21,829 nt of DNA from the NCBI GenBank assembly GCA_964519145.1, contig CAZFHL010000008.1, positions 1-21,829 of the forward strand. Reading direction: 5' to 3'. The notes beneath the pieces are model-generated. The model was not told the DNA's origin. It was given only the letters and a program-made list of their open reading frames with translations, and ran no database searches. The stretch is from an uncultured Candidatus Saccharibacteria bacterium (lineage in GTDB: Bacteria; Patescibacteriota; Minisyncoccia; Phycocordibacterales; WO2-35-19). Below are positions 7,158-15,222 of the stretch, in pieces; the stretch's first letter is position 1, and every line of letters begins with the position of its first letter. Both the position numbers and the translations under genes were made by a program.

Positions 7158-9218
7158 ATGGAAATAATCCAAACATTGCTTGGTTATTGGGGTATTTTGG
7201 TAATGGCTAGTATTGCCATTATCTCAATATTCTCATATAAGTTGATATTGCGTCTTTTTGGGATTATCATTGTCCCAGATGACTCAATTGGTCTTGTTGT
7301 CAAGAAATTTGTCTTGTTTGGTAAAAATAAGATATTGCCGGACGGTAAAATTGTTGCTCTTAATGGAGAAGCTGGTATCCAAGCAGATACACTTGCTCCT
7401 GGTCTCCACTTTTTTCTTTGGCCTTGGCAATATGATATTCAAATTACAGGTTTTACTGTTATTCATCCTGGAAAGGTTGGAATAGTTGAGTCTTGTGATG
7501 GCAAACCTCTTCCTGATGGACGTATTTTTGGTTGCGATGTTGCTTGTGATAACTTTCAAGATGTAAGATCATTTCTTCAAAAAGCCGGTGAACGCGGACT
7601 TCAGATGGCTGTTATTCCTCCTGGGACGTGGCGTATCAATACAAATGTTTTCAGTGTAAAAAGTATAGATATGGTCGTTGTTCCTCAAGGCAAGATTGGT
7701 GTTGTCGATGCTCGTGATGGAAATGCATTGCCAAATGGTCGTGTGCTTGGTAGATATGTTGAGTGTGATTCTTTTCAAAATGCCAAGTTGTTTATGGATA
7801 ATGGTGGTGAGCGTGGGCAACAAATGCGCGTCATTCCTCAGGGTCAATATAGGATCAATACACAATTTTTTAATGTAGTTTTGTATGATGTGACTGAAAT
7901 TGCTGATGATAAAATTGGAATTGTGACTATTAAAGACGGTGCTGCGCTTGAAAGAGGTGAGATTGCTGGTAAGTTAATTTCCGGGCATGAAAGCTTTCAG
8001 AATCCCGATGCGTTCGTTAATAATGGCGGTTTTAGAGGTCTTCAAGAAGAGGTTTTGCGTGCCGGTCGTTATTTCTTAAATCCATATTTTGCAAGTATTG
8101 AAATTGTCGATATGGTTAAAGTACCCATTGCTCATGTTGGAGTAGTCATCTCTTATGTTGGTAAAGAAGGTCAGGATGTTACCGGAGATGCGTATAAGCA
8201 TGGAAATTTTGTTTCTGTTGGAGAGAAGGGTGTGTGGGTAAAACCACTTGACCCTGGTAAGTACCCAATTAACCCACATACTCATAAGGTGGAATTGGTT
8301 CCAACAGCTAACATTGTGCTTAATTGGGCAGATGCTAAGACCGAATCACATAAACTTGATGCAAATTTGTCGACAATTACCGTCCGTTCTTCTGATGGTT
8401 TTAAATTCAATTTGGATGTCAGTCAGATTATTCATATTCCATCGCTCGAAGCACCTAAGGTAATTGGTCGTTTTGGATCGGTGGCAAATTTGGTAACTCA
8501 AGTTCTCGAGCCTACTATCGGTAATTATTTTAGAAGAGCAGCACAATCTTCAGATGCTATCTCATTTCTAAATGAGCGTGGTAAGAGGCAAGATGAAGCA
8601 AAATCTTCCATCGCCAAAGCGTTAGAAGAGTATAATGTTGTGGCTGTAGATACTCTTATTGGAGATATTACACCTCCAGAACAATTGATGAAGACGCTTA
8701 CTGAGCGAAAAATTGCTGAACAAGAACGTGTTACTTTTGGAACTCAGATGGAAGCTGAAAATGTTCGTAAAGAATATGCTCAAGCTAAGGCAATGGCTGA
8801 TACACAACCAGAAGTTGTGGCTGCTGAACGAAAGGTTGCGATCGCAGGATTTAATAAGGCTACCGCTATTACAACAGCGGAAGGTGAAGGTGAAGCTACA
8901 AAAATCAAAGCCAGGGCAGGAGCCGAAGCTGCTGTTGTGACAGGTGAGGCTCAAGCTAAGGTTACTATTATGACTGGTGATGCTGAGGCTAGCAAGACCA
9001 AGGCAACTGGTACAGCAGAAGCGAATGTTATCGAAATGAAGACTAAGGCTATGGATCAAGATAAGTATGCTTTGGTTGAAGTTGCGCGAGCTTTAGCTGC
9101 TTCTGGTCAGAAATGGGTACCAGAAATTGTTTCAGGTAATGGAGATAGTTCCAAACAAAATTCTCTCGTGGAAGTTTTGGTTGCACAACTTGTCGCAGCC
9201 AATGTAAATAAAAAGTAG
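7158..9218 (+). CDS. Flotillin-like SPFH/band-7 membrane protein. The N-terminal beta module is repeated five times and the C-terminus is an Ala/Glu-rich coiled coil.
   Basis: GGAGG Shine-Dalgarno about 12 nt upstream of the ATG. An N-terminal TM helix. PGLHFFLWPWQYDI is the hallmark SPFH start. The SPFH core is KLDANLSTITVRSSDGFKFNLDVSQII ... ISFLNERGKRQ ... GDITPPEQL. EA-repeat tail AEGEGEATKIKARAGAEAAVVTGEAQAK. Confidence 0.8.
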   Translation: MEIIQTLLGYWGILVMASIAIISIFSYKLILRLFGIIIVPDDSIGLVVKKFVLFGKNKILPDGKIVALNGEAGIQADTLAPGLHFFLWPWQYDIQITGFTVIHPGKVGIVESCDGKPLPDGRIFGCDVACDNFQDVRSFLQKAGERGLQMAVIPPGTWRINTNVFSVKSIDMVVVPQGKIGVVDARDGNALPNGRVLGRYVECDSFQNAKLFMDNGGERGQQMRVIPQGQYRINTQFFNVVLYDVTEIADDKIGIVTIKDGAALERGEIAGKLISGHESFQNPDAFVNNGGFRGLQEEVLRAGRYFLNPYFASIEIVDMVKVPIAHVGVVISYVGKEGQDVTGDAYKHGNFVSVGEKGVWVKPLDPGKYPINPHTHKVELVPTANIVLNWADAKTESHKLDANLSTITVRSSDGFKFNLDVSQIIHIPSLEAPKVIGRFGSVANLVTQVLEPTIGNYFRRAAQSSDAISFLNERGKRQDEAKSSIAKALEEYNVVAVDTLIGDITPPEQLMKTLTERKIAEQERVTFGTQMEAENVRKEYAQAKAMADTQPEVVAAERKVAIAGFNKATAITTAEGEGEATKIKARAGAEAAVVTGEAQAKVTIMTGDAEASKTKATGTAEANVIEMKTKAMDQDKYALVEVARALAASGQKWVPEIVSGNGDSSKQNSLVEVLVAQLVAANVNKK

Positions 9219-9228
9219 TGTAAATAAT

Positions 9229-9269
9229 AATCGGAACAGTGCCTTGGCACTGTTCCGATTTTCTTTTTG
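9229..9269 (+). terminator. Strong intrinsic terminator: aatcggaacagtgcc-ttg-ggcactgttccgatt followed by TTCTTTTTG
   Basis: 15-bp perfect stem directly after the flotillin stop. Confidence 0.75.
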
Positions 9270-9321
9270 CATACATTTATTATTTTAGATTATATAAATA
9301 CACTATAAAGTGTAAATAAAA

Positions 9322-10248
9322 TCACTTCTTATTATGAAATTTTTTGTGGATTTCTCTTAAATGCTTGTCTGTGACATGAGTATAAATTTGGGTTGTGCCT
9401 ATATTTGCATGACCTAAAAGGGCTTGAACACTTCTTAAATCAGCTCCATTTGATAGTAGGTCTGTGGCAAACATATGTCGCATGGTATGAGGTGTCACTC
9501 TTTTAGATATACCTGCTTTGATAGCACAGTTTTTTACTATTCTTTCTACTGATCTTTTGGTTAAAGCCAAACTTTTATTTCCATCTTTCTTATTTTTATT
9601 GTTTTTTGAAAATTGTATAAATAATGCATCGTCCAAATCTTTTCTCTTTGATAAATATTCCTTTAAAATTTTTTTTGCATATTCTGATATAAATACTACT
9701 CTTACTTTTCTACCTTTACCTATTACAGAAAGTTCATCTGTGGTTAAATCTATATCTCTTGTAAGAGAACAAAGCTCTGATACACGAAGCCCAGTAGAAA
9801 AAAGTAATTCTAAAATAGCTCTATCTCTCAAAGCAGACACATCATTGCCTTCTGGGGCGTTCAAAAGCCTTTTTAGTTCGGCATTTGTGATCAAATCAAG
9901 AGATTTTTCTGGTATTTTTGCGAGCTCAATTCTCTCTGGTGGCAATGTCTTTATTTCTTGTCTTGCTAGATATTTTAGAAAAGCTCTTATGGCGATAAGA
10001 TAATAATTTTGAGTTTTTTTTGTTAGTGTCCTATCTGAACCAACAATTCCTCTTATTGTTTGTCTATTGAGCCAAAGGCGAAACTCTCTCATGGTCTCGT
10101 TTGTTATGTCTTCTGGTTTTGTGATTTTGATTTGTTCTATAAATACAGTTAAATAATGATTATAATTTTCAATTGTTTTAAGTGATCTGCCTTTTTCTAT
10201 TTCTATATATTCAAGAAATCTTCTTTTTAATTCTGTTAAATCAAACAT
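9322..10248 (-). CDS. Tyrosine site-specific recombinase, XerC/XerD-like
   Basis: C-terminal HTMRHMFATDLLSNGADLRSVQALLGHANIGTTQIYTHV carries the R..H..R..Y catalytic signature. The start is most likely the internal ATG at 10246-10248 (MFDLTELKRRFLEY), not the TTG at 10284 given in the ORF track. Confidence 0.85.
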   Translation of the reverse strand: MFDLTELKRRFLEYIEIEKGRSLKTIENYNHYLTVFIEQIKITKPEDITNETMREFRLWLNRQTIRGIVGSDRTLTKKTQNYYLIAIRAFLKYLARQEIKTLPPERIELAKIPEKSLDLITNAELKRLLNAPEGNDVSALRDRAILELLFSTGLRVSELCSLTRDIDLTTDELSVIGKGRKVRVVFISEYAKKILKEYLSKRKDLDDALFIQFSKNNKNKKDGNKSLALTKRSVERIVKNCAIKAGISKRVTPHTMRHMFATDLLSNGADLRSVQALLGHANIGTTQIYTHVTDKHLREIHKKFHNKK

Positions 10249-10416
10249 ATCATCAATTATACATTTGAAATCTTGATGTCGCAAAATATTTTGATTTATT
10301 TCCTGGTTATTTTACTTAGATTTTTGGTTTATTTTTGTAGTTAGGGGTAGAATTCGGGTACGATATATTGACTTTTTTAATTAAATATTATACCATAATA
10401 AATGGAGGCAAGAAAA

Positions 10417-10920
10417 ATGTTTCAATCTTTAGAAGAAAAAACAAGTGTGGTTGAAAAAATCTTTTCCGGTCTTAGTGTTTCTATTGCGTTGACCATCATT
10501 TATTTTTGGTCTACCTATAGTTGGATTGTTTATCCACATTTTGAATTCAGGGAAGGGTATACAATCCCATCTAGTATTGCATTAACAACATCTGATCCAA
10601 GAGTTGCTTATAATAATTTTGATAAAGCCTTGGCGTACATTGAACGAAAAGGTCTCAATAAAGGAACATCAAAAGTTGTATTTTATAGAGATCTTCCAGT
10701 TTACGATCTTGCTTCTTGGTATCAAAATCAAATGGATGCCAAAAAAATACTATTAGATGACAACCTTCCATATTCTGAAAGAATTATTTATTTCAGAAAA
10801 ATGTATAGACCTTGTCCTAATAATATTATATACAATGCATCTCTTTCTTTTCTATATATTTGGCTTGGTTTATATTTTACTGTTTGGTTGATTAAGAGAC
10901 ACTTTTTCAGATATTTTTAG
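10417..10920 (+). CDS. Hypothetical membrane protein with two TM segments
   Basis: GGAGG lies 8 nt upstream of the ATG at 10417, which fits better than the ATG at 10402. No recognisable motif. Confidence 0.55.
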   Translation: MFQSLEEKTSVVEKIFSGLSVSIALTIIYFWSTYSWIVYPHFEFREGYTIPSSIALTTSDPRVAYNNFDKALAYIERKGLNKGTSKVVFYRDLPVYDLASWYQNQMDAKKILLDDNLPYSERIIYFRKMYRPCPNNIIYNASLSFLYIWLGLYFTVWLIKRHFFRYF

Positions 10921-10932
10921 TTAATTTTTTAT

Positions 10933-10966
10933 AAAAGTCGATACATATCGACTTTTATTTTTTTAT
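10933..10966 (+). terminator. Intrinsic terminator: aaagtcgat-aca-tatcgacttt followed by TATTTTTTT
   Basis: Perfect stem plus T-tract after the stop at 10920. Confidence 0.65.
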
Positions 10967-11077
10967 GATGATATTTTAATACAATAAATTTCATTTCTTA
11001 AGGTTGGAATATTTAAATTTAATATAAATAATCAATAAGTTGCAATAAAATATAATATATGATATGCTTATTTGACA

Positions 11078-11344
11078 ATGCTTACAAAGAATAAAAAACA
11101 AAGAATAATAAAAGAAGTAAAGGTTCATGACACTGATACAGGAAGTCCTGAAGTCCAAATAGCTATATTGTCTAGAAGAATAGATGATCTTTCTTCACAT
11201 CTAAAGAAAAATAATAAAGATAAGCACTCAAGAAGAGGTCTTTTAAGTTTGGTGGCGGACAGAAAGGCTCATATGAAATATTTAGAAAAAAAGGATACTA
11301 AAAGATATAACTCTTTGATAAAAAAACTTGGTTTGAAAAAATAG
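11078..11344 (+). CDS. rpsO: 30S ribosomal protein S15
   Basis: TGSPEVQIAILSRRIDDLSSHLKKNNKDKHSRRGLLSLVADR...LIKKLGLKK matches the S15 signature. The track start at 11072 is TTG; an in-frame ATG is at 11078. Confidence 0.9.
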   Translation: MLTKNKKQRIIKEVKVHDTDTGSPEVQIAILSRRIDDLSSHLKKNNKDKHSRRGLLSLVADRKAHMKYLEKKDTKRYNSLIKKLGLKK

Positions 11345-11355
11345 TATACCAATTC

Positions 11356-11511
11356 TCCTTCAAAAGTCTTTCTTGTCTTAAATTACAAAACTCTTTCTCA
11401 TCACACCTTTTTGAACCACGGATATTTTTTTGCTAAAAAATTCCTCGAGCTCGCTCCGTCGAGACTCGCTAGGCTTCAAAAAGCTATGATTTCGAAGAGT
11501 TTTGAAAGATG
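11356..11511. repeat. Mosaic repeat, copy B. Full unit of left inverted-repeat module, M2 with a variable core at 11446-11465, and right terminus gagttttgaaag.
   Basis: Aligns base for base with copy A outside the core. The left end ccttcaaaagtctttctt matches copies C and D. It sits between the rpsO stop and the NYN/pilB operon. Confidence 0.75.
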
Positions 11512-11621
11512 TTTACTTACCTTATCCCTACTATTTTTATTTTTTATTTTATATAATTACGAATAGATATTTTAATAATATTTATTTAATTTTTTAATTA
11601 CTAATTTTTAATAATTTATTT

Positions 11622-12146
11622 ATGGCAGTCATTAAACACTCAGAACAGCGTATAGGTGTATTTATTGATACTCAAAATTTGTATCATAGCGCAAAAAATA
11701 TTTATAAGGCAAGGGTAAATTTTGGCAATGTGCTAGAAGACGTAGTAGCGAATCGTATTTTGGTAAGAGCTGTGGCTTATGTGGTGGCTACAGAAGGAGG
11801 TGAAGAGAAAAGTTTTTTTGAAGCTTTAGAAAAGTTTGGTATTGAAACTAAAACAAAAAATTTACAAGTTTTTGCAGGTGGAGCAAAAAAAGGGGATTGG
11901 GATGTTGGACTCGCTATTGATGCAATCAAATTTTCTTCCAAATTAGATGCCGTTATTTTGGTCACAGGAGACGGAGACTTTACACCACTAGTAGAATATT
12001 TAAAATCAAAAGGTTGTCAGGTAGAAATTGCTTCTTTTAGAAAATCATCATCTGCCAAATTGGTGGAGGTGGCAGATGACTTTATAGATTTAGACGAAAA
12101 TCCTAGAAAATATCTGTTACAAAATACAAGAAATAGATCAAAATAA
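11622..12146 (+). CDS. NYN/LabA-like (PIN-like) nuclease-domain protein, intact paralog
   Basis: VFIDTQNLY near the N-terminus and ILVTGDGDF near the C-terminus. 174 aa. Ends 70 bp upstream of pilB. Confidence 0.75.
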   Translation: MAVIKHSEQRIGVFIDTQNLYHSAKNIYKARVNFGNVLEDVVANRILVRAVAYVVATEGGEEKSFFEALEKFGIETKTKNLQVFAGGAKKGDWDVGLAIDAIKFSSKLDAVILVTGDGDFTPLVEYLKSKGCQVEIASFRKSSSAKLVEVADDFIDLDENPRKYLLQNTRNRSK

Positions 12147-12216
12147 TTTTTTATACACATAATTTAAAATTATAATTATTTTTTTTGATATAATTTTATT
12201 AAGATTTTAAATTATT

Positions 12217-13968
12217 ATGCATGTAGAAGATTCTCAAATAAAAGATTTTATTATAGACGCAGGTCTCATATCTAGATCAGAGATTGATGAGGTTTGGTAT
12301 GAAGCTAAAAACAATAAAAAGACTTTTGCTGAAATACTTGTCTCTAAGGGCAAATTTTCCGACGATGATTTAAGGAGAGTTCAAGCCTATATACTTGGAA
12401 TACCATTTATAAATTTAAAAAATCAAGTTTTAAATAGAGATATTTTAAATTTGATACCAGAACCTATTGCAAGAAATCATAATATAGTAGCTTTTGATAA
12501 AAAAGATGACACACTAGAGGTGGCGATGCTTGATACAGATGATTTGCAGGCTTTAAATTCTATAAAAAAGAAGGTTGGTTTAAAGATTTTGCCCAGACTT
12601 ACAGACACAGATTCTATGAGGAGTGCTCTAATACAATATCAAAAAAATTTGAAAGATGATTTTGGTGATTTGATTAAGAGTGATTCAAATGAAATAAAGG
12701 CTATAGCAGAAAAGATATCAAATGAAGATGCAAATGCTCATGATTTAAAAAAATTGGCAGAAGAATTGCCTGTGGTGCGTATTGTGGATACATTATTAAA
12801 ACACGCCATCATACAAAATGCTTCTGATATTCATATGGAACCATTAGAGGATCAAATGCTTGTGAGGTATAGGATAGACGGTTTGCTCCATGATGCTATG
12901 GTTTTGCCTAAACACATTGCTCCATCTCTCGCTGCTAGGATAAAAGTGCTCTCTAGTCTTAAATTAGATGAAAAAAGATTACCACAAGACGGTAGATTTA
13001 AAATAGATATGAATGGAGAAAAAGTTTCTTTTCGTGTCTCTACTTTGCCAGTTTATTATGGAGAAAAGATTGTGATGAGGCTTTTAAGAGAATCTGTTTC
13101 AGGATTTACTCTAGAATCACTTGGCTTCCATGGCCAAGGGCTCGAATTGCTTCATAAATCTTTGCAAAGAACTACTGGTATGATACTAACTACAGGACCT
13201 ACAGGAAGTGGTAAATCTACTACTTTATATACAATGCTTGATATTTTAAATACACCAGATGTAAATATTTCTACGATTGAAGATCCTGTGGAATATCAAA
13301 TGAAAAGAGTCAACCAAACTCAAGTTAAACCAGAGATAGGGTTAACTTTTGCTTCAGGACTCCGTACTTTGGTTAGACAAGATCCAGATATTATCATGGT
13401 AGGAGAAATAAGGGATAGCGAAACAGCTTCTCTTGCTATAAATGCATCTTTAACTGGGCATTTAGTTCTCTCTACATTGCATACAAATTCTGCTTCAGGA
13501 GCTATACCTAGACTTATAGATATGAAAGTTGAACCATTTTTGATTATATCTACTATTGATGCGATTATTGCTCAAAGGCTTGTTAGAAAACTGGGAGATA
13601 AAAAAGAAAAATATATATTATCAAAAAAAGAAATTGAATCTATTTCAAAAGTTATAAATATGAATAGAGTGCTTGAAACATTGAGAAGTGAAAAAATAAT
13701 AGGCAAAAAAGATGATTGGAAGGATATTTATTTTTATAGACCAAAAGAAAATACAGATGAAGAAGCTTTTAAAGGCAGGATAGGAATATATGAAGTTTTA
13801 AATGTGAGTAGTTCAATAAAAAATTTGATAATCAAAGGTTCAACAACAGAAGATATAGAGATTCAAGCTAAAAAAGAGGGTATGCTCACCATGCTTGAAG
13901 ACGGTTTGTTTAAAGCTGCTCAAGGTTTGACTACAATAGAAGAAGTTTTGAGAGTAGTTTCAGAATAG
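12217..13968 (+). CDS. pilB: Type IV pilus assembly ATPase of the PilB/GspE family, with an N-terminal GspE-N domain
   Basis: Walker A motif TGPTGSGKSTTLY, a Walker B Asp box, the His box and an N-terminal GSPII_E_N-like region. Confidence 0.9.
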   Translation: MHVEDSQIKDFIIDAGLISRSEIDEVWYEAKNNKKTFAEILVSKGKFSDDDLRRVQAYILGIPFINLKNQVLNRDILNLIPEPIARNHNIVAFDKKDDTLEVAMLDTDDLQALNSIKKKVGLKILPRLTDTDSMRSALIQYQKNLKDDFGDLIKSDSNEIKAIAEKISNEDANAHDLKKLAEELPVVRIVDTLLKHAIIQNASDIHMEPLEDQMLVRYRIDGLLHDAMVLPKHIAPSLAARIKVLSSLKLDEKRLPQDGRFKIDMNGEKVSFRVSTLPVYYGEKIVMRLLRESVSGFTLESLGFHGQGLELLHKSLQRTTGMILTTGPTGSGKSTTLYTMLDILNTPDVNISTIEDPVEYQMKRVNQTQVKPEIGLTFASGLRTLVRQDPDIIMVGEIRDSETASLAINASLTGHLVLSTLHTNSASGAIPRLIDMKVEPFLIISTIDAIIAQRLVRKLGDKKEKYILSKKEIESISKVINMNRVLETLRSEKIIGKKDDWKDIYFYRPKENTDEEAFKGRIGIYEVLNVSSSIKNLIIKGSTTEDIEIQAKKEGMLTMLEDGLFKAAQGLTTIEEVLRVVSE

Positions 13969-14049
13969 TTTGATTTATTATAAATACTAGTATTTATAAT
14001 ACAAACAGAATAAGTGACACTTATTTATTAGATATGTTAAAATTGCATT

Positions 14050-14589
14050 ATGAAATCAAAGATTGTTGCTTTGACTGATATTGAAACTAGCGGAGATGTG
14101 CCATCTATACATGAGATTTTAGAGATTGGTCTTGTGGTTTTTGATATAAATACTTTTAAGATTTTAGATACTCTTTCAGAAAAGGCTAAACCTGAAAATA
14201 TTCAAACTGCTATTAAAGAGGCGATTGATTATAATGGTTATAATGAAAAAGATTGGAAAGATGCCAAAAAACTAGAAGAAGTAATGAAAATTTATCAACA
14301 AAAAACAGAAGGTTGTATTTTTTGTGCTTACAATGTCTCTTTTGATTGGGGATTTATCAATGAAGCGTTTTATAGATCTAAACTTTCAAATCCAATGAGT
14401 ACCAAAGCAAATCACGATAGATTAGATCTTCTAACTTTGGCTTGGTATAAAGGTTTGAAAGATACAGAAAGTTTTTCTCTAAAAAATGCTTGTAAATTTT
14501 TTGGGGTAGAACCCGAACCAGAACCTCATAGTGCTTTAAATGGTGCAATGACAGGATATAATTTAATGAGAAAAATGTTAAATACTTAG
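14050..14589 (+). CDS. DEDDh-family 3'-5' exonuclease, DnaQ-like
   Basis: Exo I motif ALTDIETSG, Exo II motif YNVSFDWGFI and Exo III region HSALNGAMTGYNL. 179 aa. Embedded in the pilus locus. Confidence 0.65.
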   Translation: MKSKIVALTDIETSGDVPSIHEILEIGLVVFDINTFKILDTLSEKAKPENIQTAIKEAIDYNGYNEKDWKDAKKLEEVMKIYQQKTEGCIFCAYNVSFDWGFINEAFYRSKLSNPMSTKANHDRLDLLTLAWYKGLKDTESFSLKNACKFFGVEPEPEPHSALNGAMTGYNLMRKMLNT

Positions 14590-14615
14590 ATTACAGTTAG
14601 TTTTATCTTAAATTT

Positions 14616-15113
14616 TTAATGAGGGTTGCATATACAATAATAGTTGGTACTTGCTTGATCACACCAATTTGTACCAGCAGGAAAAGGTCTGCAGGTGCCA
14701 GAATAACCAACAGTGCTAGGAGCGGCTGATTCGAGTGTTGTCACCAGTATTGCACCTGGAGCGCTACCACTTAAGTAGTTGTAATAATTGTATGTATGAT
14801 TTTGAGGAGCAACAGGTATACCAGCCAAGAAACCCTCGCTCACTAACTGTTGCGCCATACTGTTAAAGTTATCGACCCAAGGATTGCTATTGACAGAAAC
14901 TTCATTTGGGTATCTGTTGTATTTATCATAATATAAAGTTAGTGCTGTTTTTACACTGTTAAACTCTTGTTTGACTTTAGCGTCTCTACTTTTTGCTCTA
15001 GCGGAATTTATATTTGTAAGGACAATGCTTGAAAGTACACCAATAATGGCTATCACAATCAAAAGTTCTATAAGTGTGAACCCTGATTTTATTTTAGGAC
15101 GTGAATATTGCAT
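14616..15113 (-). CDS. pilA: Type IV major pilin (class III signal peptide). Four C-terminal Cys.
   Basis: Leader MQYSRPKIKSG, then FTLIELLIVIAIIGVLSSIV with Glu at position +5. C-terminal Cys pairs suggest disulfide loops. Confidence 0.8.
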   Translation of the reverse strand: MQYSRPKIKSGFTLIELLIVIAIIGVLSSIVLTNINSARAKSRDAKVKQEFNSVKTALTLYYDKYNRYPNEVSVNSNPWVDNFNSMAQQLVSEGFLAGIPVAPQNHTYNYYNYLSGSAPGAILVTTLESAAPSTVGYSGTCRPFPAGTNWCDQASTNYYCICNPH

Positions 15114-15222
15114 TGCTTTTATGATAGCAATCTTTTTGTAGATTACAAATTAATTTGTGAGTATAAATAATACACAATTAATTATTTTTTTTATATAAAA
15201 ATGATATAATTTTTATATATTT

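Noticed and set aside
8622-9059. ORF 8622-9059 (-), a 145-aa Ser/Cys/Phe-rich protein
   Set aside because: Antisense to the Ala/Glu-repeat coiled-coil region of the flotillin gene. It is an artefact of GCT/GAA-rich codon repeats. The sense frame has a far stronger protein signature.
9518-10003. ORF 9518-10003 (+), 161 aa
   Set aside because: Antisense to the recombinase gene, which carries an unambiguous catalytic signature.
9322-10248. Tyrosine recombinase as a marker of an integrated mobile element or genomic island
   Set aside because: No adjacent tRNA or attachment-site duplication and no phage or plasmid genes. The neighbours are housekeeping or locus-specific genes. The mosaic repeats do not flank it. 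A single chromosomal Xer-type dimer-resolution recombinase is the simpler reading.
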